NCBI GenBank assembly: GCA_964016885.1
Contig: OZ024741.1
Coordinates: 264,864,001-264,928,000, forward strand
Length of the DNA stretch: 64,000 bases
Direction of reading: 5' to 3'
Origin: Eledone cirrhosa
Taxonomy: Eukaryota
Below, one piece after another: positions 1 through 12,937 of this stretch. The notes below the pieces were generated by a model. That model was not told where the DNA came from. It saw nothing but the letters and a program-made list of their open reading frames with translations, and made no database searches. Positions within the stretch are counted from its first letter, which is position 1. Every line of letters starts with the position of its first letter. The translations under genes and the position numbers were made by a program.

Positions 1-194
1 GTGAGTGTATATAATTATATAAGTAGGTAACAAACTGAAGTGTATGATGTTTGTTTCTTCCAGACAATCTTTATCTGCGCACTCACTTCCTGTTAATGAC
101 CTGGTTTCGTTGACTGTAATGGTACAACTGCATCATGGGAATGTGTCCGTACATACATACACTCACACGGATGTGTGTATGTATATATATATAT

Positions 195-390
195 AACGAA
201 GGAGGTGTGGTAAGGAACCAGATGGACCATAACGCACAAGAGTACTCAATACTTAGGGTAGTAGAGTGGGTAATAGGAAAAAGTTTGTCCCCGACGGCAG
301 AGCTCAAACCGTTTCGACGGCTATTTCTGGACGCAGAAATAGCCGTCGAAACGGCTTGAGCTCTGCCGTCGGGGTCAAACTTTTTCCTAT
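195..390. repeat. Fold-back hairpin repeat containing the 3' half of a hammerhead ribozyme (PLE pLTR-like family)
   Basis: 272-390 is a near-perfect palindrome containing GAAAC-GGC..GCC-GTC. 195-275 is the reverse complement of ~10508-10588. Related pieces occur at ~16602-16650 and ~23310-23355. Confidence 0.7.
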
Positions 391-585
391 ATATATATAT
401 ATATACACTTACATACACATATTTATATATATTCATATATATATATATATACACACACATATAAATGTGGGGTGTATGTGTGTATATATATGTGTGTGTG
501 TGTTTGTTTGAGCGCGTGTGTGTGTATATATGTGTGTGTACAATTGCCTCTTGTGTTTTCGTTCATTTTCAACTATATATATATA

Positions 586-1168
586 CTAGCAGAATTACCC
601 GCGCCTTTCTGTAAGAAAACGATGATTGATTTTAAATCAGTGATATAATTTATGGAGGAAAAAATAAAGGGAAAATGTTAAAAAAGTAGAGGCATTAACT
701 AATAATTTTTGTTGTCATAATTCTAGTGATGTTTGCCATAGGTAAAATGTCTAAATTAGCCAAATTTTACTATAAAAGAGAGGTTCTTTTTTTGTTAATT
801 TACGTTTAATTAATAGAAAAACCCGTGATAATAGTTTCCAATACTCAAGTTATGGGCTTCCAAAATTTTCCCTATAGCGGGTTTAACCCCATTAGGGTGT
901 CTTAATAGTATTGAAATTTGCTGAAATTTTGTGAATAGGCATGGTATCTTGTCATTTACCTATGGTTTAGATTTCATATAAATCGAAGGGAAAAAATTTT
1001 CAGCGGGGGTTTGTGCCCTCGGGGAACCCTTTGATTAAAATGAAATATACTTATCCAAGTACCCTGGGCAATTTAGTTTCAGAATATATATATGGTTATG
1101 GGGGTCTATCTGCAAAACCATAGGAAGAGTTCGTGAACAAACAAACAGGAACTACAATTTTATATATA
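586..1168 (+). mobile_element. Putative non-autonomous Helitron/Helentron (DINE/Lep1-like) element
   Basis: Starts ACTAGCAGAATTACCCGCG after (TA)n and ends with (ACAA)n...caattttatatata. These ends resemble DINE-1/Lep1-type elements; recognised by resemblance only. Confidence 0.45.
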
Positions 1169-1939
1169 TACTATCTGACCCGTCCGGCTGGCGCTTGGCT
1201 AGGTATACCGGCATTTTATCTTTTCAGGAATCCCTCCTCCACTCCAGTGCAAAGATACAGCACTCCCTCTCAAGTCAGCGAGAGGGGGGCGGGGGTTAAC
1301 GTACTCTGATGTTGGGTTTGAATAGTTAAAAATCGGACTCAGTTTTGCAAGGACCTGTATGGCACACTAATGCTGTAATGCAATGTAGATGAAATCAGCT
1401 TGTGAACTCACCTGCTCCAATCTGGCTTGTTCTGTCTGTGCTGCTCTCCTGCCTTCTGCGCGGGACCTCAGTTGCTGAAGGCGAGACTGGCGCTGTTCTT
1501 GAGACTGGGCTGATCGAATGGCTCTCGCTTGAGTCCTCATCTGCTGAAGGCGACGTTCATGATCATCTTCAGACTCTCTTGCTCTAGTAACATTTTGTCT
1601 TCAGATCTTGCGGCCAGGCTGGGACTTTTTGGGTGGCATATCAGCAGTAACAATAACGATAAGCCGTCTGTGCTTTCGTGAAATAAATAGGTTTGTTTAT
1701 ATTTTGTTTTTGTGTATGCAAAAATATCTGTACACGAATATATATATTAAAATAACAGATTAAAGTTTAAGCAAAGAATCGCTGCTTTCACCCTTAACGG
1801 GATCTTCTGAAATTTAAAAAAATCAATCTGTGAAAACAGAAGTAAATATTTCGAAAAACGTTATCTAATGCAGACAGCCAGACATACAGAGACATATTAT
1901 AAGGGCGCAACGTCATAGCTATGTATCTATCTAAAAAGA

Positions 1940-2068
1940 CAGACTAAGAAAGAGTGAGGAATGTCGTATAACCGGTTACTTCTATTGTGCAAATTTGGTG
2001 CTGTTTGGTCCAGCCGTTTGGCGAAAAGTTTGTTACATGCATACGGTCGTCAGCTTTATATTATAATA
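1940..2068 (+). mobile_element. DINE/Helentron-like 3' end fragment
   Basis: tgtgcaaatttggtgctgtttggtccagccgtttggc...cagctttatattata resembles DINE-1-like core and terminus. Confidence 0.35.
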
Positions 2069-2069
2069 T

Positions 2070-2218
<149 letters not shown>

Positions 2219-2448
2219 ACTAATACCTTAACACTTCACACAAAGTAAAATATTTTGTTTTAAACATTATCTAACCCAGAAAAAAGAGAAAAAAAACAAG
2301 GAAAAAAATATTTTTCTTCCTAATAATCGTTTTTTTCTCCCTATTTACATATATATATATATATATATGTGTGTGTGAGCGGAACAAGTAAACATTAAAC
2401 AATCTTTTAAATAAATTAAAATCCGATTTAAATATTTACCTCTTTTAG

Positions 2449-2530
2449 TGCCATGACCGTACGGTTTCGCTTATCAAAAGATTGGAAATTCAGAAAATTT
2501 CCAATGGAAAGATATAGCTCTTCAGATAGC
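2449..2530 (-). ncRNA. Type I hammerhead ribozyme (PLE-type, palindromic stem III)
   Basis: Minus strand reads gctat-CTGAAGA-gc...gc-GAAA-ccgtacgg-TC-atggc. Helix I is gctat/atggc. Confidence 0.8.
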
Positions 2531-2910
2531 TTTTCCAAATCTACTAGACATAAGTCCGTATAGATGTAGATATATCACCCTCTGCCCAGTGAATGAATAA
2601 AGCCGTTAAAATGACCCACACACTTTAGTACCATAGAACAACCACTATTATAGACAACATATATATTTCCGTGGGTACCTAGTACCTACTGTGATATCTA
2701 TATCATTTATCTAATTCTCCTTAATGTAGAGAAAAAAATGCTGTATCATGCTGCTATTTCTAGCAGCATGAAATATCAGCGAGTCTATAATTCCCGCTAT
2801 TTCTAACGGTCCAATAAGTGTGTGGGTCATTTTAACGGCTTTCTTCATTCACTGGGCAGAGGGTGATATATCTTCATCTATACGGACTTATGTCTAGTAG
2901 ATTTGGAAAA

Positions 2911-2990
2911 GCTATCTGAAGAACTATATCTTTCCATTGGAAATTCTCTGAATTTCCAATCTTTTGATAAGCGAAACCGTCGGTCATGGC
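2911..2990 (+). ncRNA. Hammerhead ribozyme, slightly degenerate mirror copy
   Basis: gctatCTGAAGAact...aagcGAAAccgtcggTCatggc; mismatch at the base of helix II and a 1-nt deletion in stem III. Confidence 0.65.
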
Positions 2991-3739
2991 ACTAGAAGAG
3001 GTAAATATTTAAATCGTATTTTAATTTATTTGAAAGATTGTTTAATGTTTACTTGTTCCGCTCATATTTACAGTTCTGGTATCTCAAATTAGAACCATAG
3101 AACAACCACTATTATAGACAACATATATATTTCCGTAGGTACCTAGTACCTTCTGTGATATCTATATCATTTATATATATATATATATATATATATCGAG
3201 TGAAATTTTGTCAGTTATTCCGGTGATTTGATTAGGCATACACTGTATTTAAGATTGAGTGACACAACTGCGAGTGATTAGCAATCTTTAGACATCCTAA
3301 TCAATGAAACAATTGTTAATACTGTAAATAAAACCCTTTTTGTACTGTTGACCATGTTATTTTCACTCTTTCACTATATATATATATAAAGATATGATGA
3401 GGGTAGGAATATTATTAGTATGAAAATAAATATTAAATATATACATATGTATTGGTTAAATCACAAATGGTTAAAGTAGGACGAAAGAATATAATGATAA
3501 ATAACTTATAAAAGATAAATTAATAAATTAGAAGTTAGGTCAGGGGTTAAGAGATACAGGATAGGATTCAAAGGAAGAGGTGAAATAGCTTTAGGGAGGG
3601 AGAATGAAAGAAAGTGAAAGAGAGTGAAAGAAAGGTTAGGAGGTTTATGATGTTGATTTAGTGATTAGTTGGTTTGTTGACAGTTAATAATAGTGAGTTG
3701 GTATGTAGTTATTATAATAGACTCTGGGTGGTTCAGCTT

Positions 3740-3995
3740 GAATTATGGGATTTTGGGATCGAATCCTGCTGGTTTGAAATTTGCGAATTTAGTAACTGCT
3801 TTGTGCCTACAGAAAATTTATCGTCCTATTTTGCTGCTAAGCAGTATTTTGCCATACTTTAAAATATGGAACAGCTAATCCTGTATTCTTGGTTTGTATC
3901 TTTAAGCTGCCAGATTTTATTGGCCAGCGTTGTTGTGCTTTCTAGTCTACGGTTCTTCATAGAATGTCTGTGAACAGACCATCTTTTTTTAACTC
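3740..3995 (-). pseudogene. Penelope-like GIY-YIG endonuclease C-terminal fragment
   Basis: Manual translation gives KKRWSVHRHSMKNRRLESTTTLANKIWQLKD.., matching the ATALANKVWEFKD region of the PLE ORF at 17918-18592. Contains stops. Confidence 0.7.
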
Positions 3996-4666
3996 CCCAG
4001 CAATCTTTAGACATCCTAATCAAGGAAACAATTGTTAATACTGCAAATAAACCCTTTTTGTACTGTTGACCATGTTATTTTCACTCTTTCACTATTATAA
4101 CTCCAAGATTAACCTGCATAGGAATTCCCGAGAACTCGCCACCTAACTAAGGAAACCTCTTGTTGAGTCAAACAACGCCGTACGTTAAAACTATCCACAA
4201 TGCAGAGTACTCAACCTCTAACTGGAGTACCTATAACGATAATTTATCCCAAATATATATATAGAGAGAGAGGGGGGGAACAGAACTAGAGGTGTGAGAG
4301 AGAGAGAGGTGGGGGAGATAGACTGTGAGGTAGATAAACAAACGAAAAGACCACTTAAGAAATGCGTCATGCACATATTCTATAAACATACATGTGAGTG
4401 TATGTGTGTATGTATCTGTATGTGTGCATGTTTGTGTATGTGTGTGTATGTATGCGTATGTATGTGTATGTGTGTGCGTGTGTAACATGTACGAATTCTT
4501 TTATGTAGAAATGTCTTCTACGTGACTAGAACTGTTTCATTCACAGGATATATATATATTTCTTTTCGACTGGAAACACATCTGTATAGGCCTTAATAAT
4601 TGCTGTTTACCTTCTTCATGTAAATTCATAGCTAGCCTTCTCACTTTCTTATGCCTTTTATATCTA

Positions 4667-5352
4667 TACTAGCTAAACTACCCGTCCTTTGGACGGTTCA
4701 AGTAGCTTTCGATGTAGCTCATTAAACTAAACAAAGTAAATTTGAATACATAGAAGAAAAACGTAGTTTATGTAAACATGAAAACCTTAGGCACTATTCC
4801 AGCGAAATAATTAATATGTGAGCTCGGTGTCTTTTTTGACAACAGTAAAAGCGCATCATGAAATAGAGGAGTGAAGTGAATAATAGACACTATTATGTAC
4901 AAAGCATAATATTGTAAAAGTTATGACATCACTTAATGTATGAACATCAAGCTTGAAACGATAAATTATACAATGTCAAATCTATAACTTAACTTAGTAA
5001 TCTGTTAGAAATTGCTGGTTGTGAAATATATAAAATAATATTGTTAGTCTCAAGGAAGCGTACCTTTTGTTTCAAGTACAAAGAGTAAATTAAAATCCGA
5101 ATGAGCCGAATTACGAAAGATAACTCTTGTCTTACTTAATCACAAAAATTCACACAAATAACCGAAACTTTTTTAATGTCTCCAAAGGCCTCAATATCGA
5201 TTTTTGAAAGCCTTTGTAGATCATGCACATGTTTTGTGCAAGGAGAAGCTCTGTAAAAAATTTCAAAGAAATCGCATGAATGGTTTAGAATATATGAGCC
5301 CTCATTAAAAATTGTCCACACACACACATACAGAAAACTTCATCTTTATATA
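4667..5352 (+). mobile_element. Putative non-autonomous Helitron/Helentron-like element
   Basis: Starts ACTAGCTAAACTACCCGTCCTTTGGACGG (short hairpin) and ends (CA)n-cagaaaacttcatctttatatata. Confidence 0.45.
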
Positions 5353-5369
5353 TATACAGATATCTACAA

Positions 5370-5600
5370 AAGTCAGCTCGAGAGTAGCACAGTGGAGACT
5401 GGGGTTAGCTGGACACGCTCACCGACATCCATAGTTGACACTGCACTCAGTGCTCCTGTGGGAGCCCCTGCATGGACACACTGGAAGAGGGATACCGAGG
5501 TTGACATATATTGATGCCCTAAGGCCAGACACTGGTCACTTGGAGACGCAGGACATGGTAGCTGTGGGACAGAGACCGCTGGAGAGAACTCATCCATGGA
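5370..5600 (+). pseudogene. RTE-clade LINE ORF C-terminal fragment
   Basis: Translation WRLGLAGHAHRHP..VLLWEPLHGHTGRGIPRLTYIDAL resembles the RTE C-terminal motifs (LAGH..R; W.P.HG.R.RGRP..TY.D). Confidence 0.6.
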
Positions 5601-6543
5601 TCTCGGGAATTTTACCCGCCCTAGAAATCTACACATGGTCTTGGATTCGTTAAGCTAGGTAATATTAACTGGGGTGTACAAAAAAACTCATACCATTTTA
5701 AAGTAATTCCAATCGTGTAGGTTATAAATCGTATGTACTTTTCTAAAATATGTCCAAACTTCTGAGCCGTTTTATTGCTTCAGCTGGGATTCTTGTTTCT
5801 AATATAGAGTCAACTATTTTCCTATATGAAGGATGTCTATAAAGTTCTCCCCAAGTTATATAAATTGGATATTTTCTCTATTGGAGATCTCCATACATTT
5901 TTATAGTATAAAGATTTGAAGGAATTTCTTTCTTCTCTCCTTCCATGCTCGTATTAAATCTATTATTTACTTTTTCCTATTACAATATATAGAAACAAAC
6001 TTGGGCCCTAATTAATTCCTCTAAGTTCATAATTCATTTAACCTTATCTTCATTTACCTTATCTTCATAATATATTTTATTTTAATAATACATTTTAATA
6101 AATTCCTTTCCGCACATCTTAATAAATAAACCTTAAATAAATAGTATTCTTAATTCCTTTTTCTTTAATCATAAGCATCACCATTCATAAACCTCATTAA
6201 CTTTTAATTTCTTAATTTCTTTAAAATTATGTATTATCTTACAACGATTTTATTTTTATTTTTCTCTATGAGACAGTGTTTCTCAGTATTAAGGTTATCT
6301 CTCTCTCTCACTCATTTTCTCCTCCTCTCTCATCCTTCCTTCTTATACTCCTCCTCCGACATCCTTTCCTTATTATTATATTTTTTTCTTCTATCTATAT
6401 TCTTTCTTCCTCTTCCTTACCTTTTCTTTCCCTCTTCCTTTCCTTTTTTCCAATCTCATATATCCATCTTATTTTATTTTCCATATGTTGATTTAAGACT
6501 TCACTGCTCGCAAGTGTTTTTTAAGCTTCATATCATGTCTCCC

Positions 6544-6613
6544 TATTTTATCTGATGAGAACGCAAATATCATCCCATAATGATATTTGTTTTTGAAATA
6601 CGCATAATAAAAT
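6544..6613 (+). ncRNA. Minimal type I hammerhead ribozyme
   Basis: tattttat-CTGATGA-g..aaatatcat/atgatattt..t-GAAA-tacgca-TA-ataaaata; helix I is tattttat/ataaaata. Confidence 0.7.
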
Positions 6614-6786
6614 ACATGGAACTCTTTTAACCATCTTTTGATTTTATATTATATATATATATATAAATTAGGCGAGAATCGTATTTCGGTGGGTAGAAAA
6701 AGCGAAACGTAACGCAAATCAGAATCATGCTGGAAAGCGCTCCATAGTTTAAAAAACCAGAGCTATAAACATATGTTATAAACGCC

Positions 6787-6851
<65 letters not shown>

Positions 6852-6855
<4 letters not shown>

Positions 6856-8951
6856 GCGGTTGTCTCCCTTGTTTTGATTGGGATCTAGACGGGAAGTGGA
6901 ACCCTTTCTGCAACTTCCGGTCAGAGCCCTATAAAACTAACAACTTTAAGCTTCCTTTCTCTCTTTGCCTTTTCGGCACCAGGTCGAAGAGCCTCTCATT
7001 TGGCTCTGCCATTAATTTGGCCAACAGGCGCCTGGCCTTAGCCAGGCGCCCTCTGCCAGCCGCGTTTGCCTGGCAATCAAAACGGTAACTACTAACTTTG
7101 TTTCATTCTAACATCTATCTTTGACATGTCAAGTATTCTATCTACCGTTAATTAAATATTATATACACAAACCATGTCTCGTTTTGTTACATTCATACAA
7201 CTCAGTATCATCGCTATATTGGTGACCCCGACGTGATACGAACACGCAGCCGTTCATCGCTATAAGGGTCACCCCCCCCAAAAAAAGAAAAAAATAGCAC
7301 ATCTGGTTTTGTGAGTAACATTACGAATACACAGCAAATTTAGCGACAAACTATGAAAATACTCAAGGACACGCACACACGCACATGTGGAATTCGCACA
7401 GACATACTTTTTCTCTCACGCATCAATTAACTGTCGCATTTCACCAATATATATATATATGTTTCTCGTTTCTTACAACGAACACTTTCAAAACAAAAAA
7501 AACATTTCACGATATATATATATATGTTTCTCGTTTCTTACAACGAACTCTTTCAAAACACAAAAAAAAAAAAAAGAAATTTGATATTCTTTAAAAAACA
7601 TTTCAACAGGAACATTTATTTTCGATGAACCATTGCCTTTTGTTCATCGTTCAAGTTTTTTGTTTTTTTCAAAAGTTCACACCAATGATTATGCTGATTG
7701 AAGCCTTTCTTTTTCATCATTGTCACTTTCAAAATTGCACTATCATTTTCTCGCGCGTTAGAAATATTTTTTTTCAACCTTGTATTGGCACGTGTAGGCA
7801 GCATAAATTCTCGATTCACTGAGATGTCTCTACTCACAGACAGCCGCACGCCAGAGATAGCATTTCTCCCCCAAGGATTCTTCAGCCTTAAGCTATATTC
7901 TTCTATTTCCGGTTTATAAATTTACAATGTAAATTTACCGTTGATAACCGCGCATTTATTAAGAATGCTTATTTCTCTGGTCGCTGGCCTCTTGACCCTT
8001 CCAGGTCAACGCATTCTCAACATCGACCATCAACTTCGGCTGCTATTTCTAGCTCTTTGCGCAACTCATTTTTTTTCTAAAAAAAATTTTTTTTACTGTG
8101 AATTTAAACACCGAATACGCTCACTCAGCGAGACAACAGCAGCAGCAACAGCAATATAACAGCAACAGCAATACATCAACACAGCTTCACCAAAGCCAGA
8201 GAATTTATTTTTGCAGCACTCTTCCTGTGAGAAAATCCATTCGGAGGTTGGAAATTTCACGATATACCACAGAACAGAAACCACCTGCATTCATTCTCTG
8301 GAACACACTTTCTTTCCTGCTGTCATGTGATTGCACACCTGTGAACTATATTTTGAACTTTGAGCTCTTCTATTACTTTTACTTTATTACATTGTATCTT
8401 TGGGTGATGGATAGATGGATGTCCAGTCGTTCTCTGGCCAAGAGCGGTTGGCTACCTTGATATCTATCATTGATTTTTCCAAACATTCTTTTGTCGTAAT
8501 TTTCATGCCTGTTACAGCATTCTCGCCAACTTGCTACATATTTTCATTTCGATTTTTATACACTAAAATTCTGGCGGGAGGTTATGTAGCGGTTGTCTCC
8601 CTTGTTTTGATTGGGATCTAGACGGGAAGTGGAACCCTTTCTGCAACTTCCGGTCAGAGCCCTATAAAACTAACAACTTTAAGCTTCCTTTCTCTCTTTG
8701 CCTTTTCGGCACCAGGTCGAAGAGCCTCTCATTTGGCTCTGCCATTAATTTGGCCAACAGGCGCCTGGCCTTAGCCAGGCGCCCTCTGCCAGCCGCGTTT
8801 GCCTGGCAATCAAAACGGTAACTACTAACTTTGTTTCATTCTAACATCTATCTTTGACATGTCAAGTATTCTATCTACCGTTAATTAAATATTATATACA
8901 CAAACCATGTCTCGTTTTGTTACATTCATACAACTCAGTATCATCGCTATA
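6852..8951 (+). mobile_element. Non-autonomous LTR retrotransposon (2.1 kb) inserted in (TA)n
   Basis: 367-bp LTRs at 6852-7218 and 8585-8951 (TGTAGCG...CGCTATA) look identical by eye. PBS at 7220-7237, purine-rich tract before the 3' LTR, no coding capacity. Confidence 0.9.
7220..7237 (+). other. Primer-binding site complementary to the tRNA-Trp 3' end
   Basis: TGGTGACCCCGACGTGAT is the reverse complement of ...ATCACGTCGGGGTCACCA (eukaryotic tRNA-Trp 3' end), 1 nt downstream of the 5' LTR. Confidence 0.85.
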
Positions 8952-8972
8952 TATATATATATATATATATAT

Positions 8973-9527
8973 AAAACGGAAAAAATGAAACGAAATTTCA
9001 TTTCCCACTCTTAGTACGGCTGTTACTTAAATATAATTATATACACGTACATACATATATGTATACAGACGTACAGTAGTATGTATATATATATACATAC
9101 ATGCACACATATATATATGTACGTATGGATTCACCGAACATTTATTATAATGCTCGGTGTGTTTGTAAACAAACATCCCGTATTAAGCCGTAGTGTCCAG
9201 CAACCATCGTTGCTCGTTTGTTCAACACTGACAAAGGAACGCTGTACTAGTTTCAAGCTTATTAGCTATCGTCAGCAACGTATACCTTCCTGCCAGATTG
9301 TTGAGCGTATATAGTTACCTTATGCATATTGACGGCTGAGTAGCCCAATTTGCATATCGAGTGGGTTAATCGACCGGGTGCACCGAAAACGATAAACGGA
9401 AAAAATGAAACGAAATTTCATTTCCCACTCTTAGTACGGCTGTTACTTAAATATAAGTATATACACGTACATACATATATGTATACAGACGTACAGTAGT
9501 ATGTATATATATACATACATGCACACA
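8973..9527. repeat. ~135-bp direct repeats flanking a ~285-bp unique segment
   Basis: aaacggaaaaaatgaaacg...catgcacacat occurs at ~8973-9108 and ~9394-9528. Confidence 0.75.
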
Positions 9528-9551
9528 TCTGAGGCCATGCTGGAGTACCGC

Positions 9552-9625
<74 letters not shown>

Positions 9626-9717
9626 TATATATATGTCCCTTTCACCACCAATCAGTCATGATTGAGCTGGCTATTTATGTCACTCATTAACACTATTTGC
9701 TACATCTCTGTACAGCC

Positions 9718-10050
9718 CTGGGCCGGATTTAATGGAGCAGCAAAGGGGGGCAATTGTCTCGGGTCCTCTGCAGTGGGTGGTCCCACCACCGACGGCAGTA
9801 GCAATTTATTTGTGCCCTCAGCTGGGCTTTTTAGTTTTAGGATGGTTAGATTTTTTTTTATTTAATACCTGTAATGTATAACTTTTCATTTCCAATTACC
9901 TTTGCCAATGTAACTTTGGTATGTAAAATTGGGGGAATTTGCTGTGTGTTCTAATTTTTTGTGTACGAGCATGCCCCTGTCCCCACATCACCACCACCAG
10001 CAACAAACCTTGAAGTGTCCCGGGCCCACCAAGTTCTAAATCGGGCCCTA
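9718..10050. mobile_element. hAT-type MITE
   Basis: Imperfect terminal inverted repeats (TIRs) ctgggccggattta / taaatcgggcccta; 8-bp target-site duplication gtacagcc / ttacagcc. Confidence 0.7.
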
Positions 10051-10374
10051 TTACAGCCCAATATAATTATTTATATCAACGTTGTTCGATTACTTTAGAA
10101 GATATTCGTTGGTTCTTTATACAATTTGAATTATTCAGGAAAAGAATGTTTCCACCCTTTGAACCGTAAAGGGAAAAAATACCTCTCACACAAACACAGT
10201 TTTTGTAACTAGTATTTTGACATTTTTGATTAACTAACCTTTTCTACAAAACTAGGACAAATGCATTGTTTAAATTAAACCCATGAGTATTGTTTGCTGT
10301 AACTTAACCATTTCACCTGCACACTCTTTACTCTAACCTGTTATTTTATCCTTTTCGTGGTTGATCGATCAAAC

Positions 10375-10402
<28 letters not shown>

Positions 10403-10405
<3 letters not shown>

Positions 10406-10590
10406 GGAACCAGTAAGACCCCGACAGCTGAGCTCAAGCCGTTTCGACGGCTAATAGAATTAGCCGTCGAAACGGCTTGAGCTCAGCTGTCGGGGTCTTA
10501 CTGGTTCCTATTACCCACTCTACTACCTCAAGTATTGAGTACTTTGGTGCGTTATGGTCCACCTGGTTCCTTACCACATTTCCTTCGTTA
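10403..10590. repeat. Perfect ~110-bp fold-back palindrome plus flank, same family as 195-390
   Basis: taggaaccagtaagaccccgac...ggcta-atagaat-tagcc...gtcggggtcttactggttccta. Confidence 0.8.
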
Positions 10591-10606
10591 TATATATATA
10601 TATATA

Positions 10607-11428
10607 TATATCATAAATCATGCCTTTAGAATCATCAGATATTAAAATATATACTATTTCTTCTGCTAATTACCATAATTAACCATATACAAAATCAATC
10701 CGAGCAAGCTATAAGAATAAATTCTCTTATGGGGAAATCTCCGACAAATAACCGAACGTAGCCTCTTCGCGGCGGCCCGGTCGAGAATTTATCCAACATT
10801 TCGACAGCATGTAAAAACTGACCAAATATACCATCAACCATACACAATTAGTTGTCAAATTAAACTTAGAAGAAATGCGCACATACCGTAATTATATCTC
10901 TACCATGGTTTCTTCCTTATTTTGGACATCCAAATAATAGGAATGTCCTGAGCTAGGATTCATCAGGAGACAAACTCAAAATCAGACATCTAGTTTTTTA
11001 GCCATTTTTGAATCTAATTTTGGCGGGATCGGATTGAAAAACTAGATGTCTGATTTTGAGTTTGTCTCCTGATGAATCTTAGCTCAGGACATTCCTATTA
11101 TTTGGATGTCCAAAATAAGGAAGAAACCATGGTAGAGATATAATTACGGTATGTACGCATTTCTTCTAAGTTTAATTTTACAACTAATTGTGTATGGTTG
11201 ATGGTATATTTGGTCAGTTTCTACATGCTGTTGAAATGTTGGATAAATACTCGACCGGGGCCGCCGCGAAGAGGCTACGTTCGGTTATTTGTTGGAGATT
11301 TCCCCATAAGAGAATTTATTCTTATAGCTTGCTCGGATTGATTTTGTATATGGTTAATTATGCTAATTAGAAGAAGAAATAGTATATATTTTAATATCTG
11401 ATGATTCTAAAAGCATGATTTATGATAT
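10607..11428. repeat. ~820-bp palindrome (~390-bp arms, ~40-bp spacer) with a hammerhead in each arm
   Basis: ~10607-10998 is the reverse complement of ~11037-11428 with scattered mismatches. Confidence 0.9.
11063..11140 (+). ncRNA. Type I hammerhead ribozyme (mirror copy at ~10893-10972 on the minus strand)
   Basis: tgtctc-CTGATGA-...-GAAA-ccatgg-TA-gagata; palindromic stem III ACCATGGT. Confidence 0.75.
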
Positions 11429-11525
11429 AATGCTCTGATTTTAAAATTTTAATTTATTAATTCTTCATAGAGCTTAAAAGTGAACAGTTGCAACATATAT
11501 ATATCTTTAACTTTATGTATATGAT

Positions 11526-11626
<101 letters not shown>

Positions 11627-11629
11627 ATA

Positions 11630-11669
<40 letters not shown>

Positions 11670-11713
11670 GTGATACGTTGATGTAAACAATGATCTTGCA
11701 ATCACATGTTATA

Positions 11714-11760
11714 TGCCTTGATAAGTCCCACCATAGGGTCGGACGAAACGGCTGTCGGCA
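11714..11760 (+). ncRNA. Minimal hammerhead ribozyme with U3-A8 core covariation
   Basis: tgcc-TTGATAA-gtcc...ggac-GAAAC-ggct-GTC-ggca. Confidence 0.7.
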
Positions 11761-11807
11761 ATAAACTTGTTATAATGTCATAATAGTTCCTTTGTTCTTT
11801 TTCACTA

Positions 11808-11943
<136 letters not shown>

Positions 11944-12216
11944 ATGTAAATGAAGTAATTCCGTCGGAAAGGTCCAGGTAAAAAAGAGTGCTCTGTGTAG
12001 GTTACAGAGCTTAATAGTTATGTAATAAACAACATAAGGCAATTATTTCATTTACAAGTGGTTTCTTAAAAGCAAACAAATTTTGCCTTCAATCATCAGA
12101 ATGAAAAAAATCCTGGTGTATTTATTGACATTGGATTTTAAAAACAAAAATATAATCTATATAAAAGTGAGGCTGGAAAGGGAAGAAGGAAAGGAAAAAT
12201 AGACACACATGCACAC

Positions 12217-12283
<67 letters not shown>

Positions 12284-12883
12284 TACATACACACACATAT
12301 ATAGATACACATATATATACACATACATACACACAGACATATATATATATGTATATATCTACATACACATACATATACATATACATACATACACACATAT
12401 ATATATCAACATATCCATACATACACATACACACAAATACACAAACACGCACACACACACATGCATATATATATATATATACATCATACACACAATCATA
12501 CATATATATACACACATACATACACACATATATACACGCATACATACGCATGCACGAATATAGATATATTTACACACACCTACATACGCACACACACAAA
12601 TAATTATAAGAAAAAATATAATAATAAAAATACCGTCACATAAGAAGAAATAAAAATGAATATAAAAATTATTATAGTGTTGACAGCGATACAAGCAATA
12701 AATAAATGAACAAACACACGTGGTAAGCAATACACACAATTGCACATACACATACATACGTAAAAATAAATACATACACACACTCACACATACACATACA
12801 TATACATATACACATATACATACACATACACATATACATACACACACACACATATATATACATATATATATATATACATATAT

Positions 12884-12937
<54 letters not shown>

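Larger units (their letters stand above)
2377..3172. repeat. Inverted pLTR-like duplication with hammerhead motifs
   Basis: ~2377-2625 is the reverse complement of ~2815-3063. ~2630-2710 is directly repeated at ~3095-3172. Confidence 0.8.

Noticed and set aside
1745-1815. Hammerhead on the minus strand (repeat shared with ~19250-19320)
   Set aside because: The core reads CAGAAGA and no helix I was found; too weak to call.
3240-4097. Hammerhead in the direct repeat at ~3280-3378 / ~3999-4095 (GAAACAATTGTTA)
   Set aside because: It has a palindromic stem III but no intact CUGANGA; probably a decayed pLTR.
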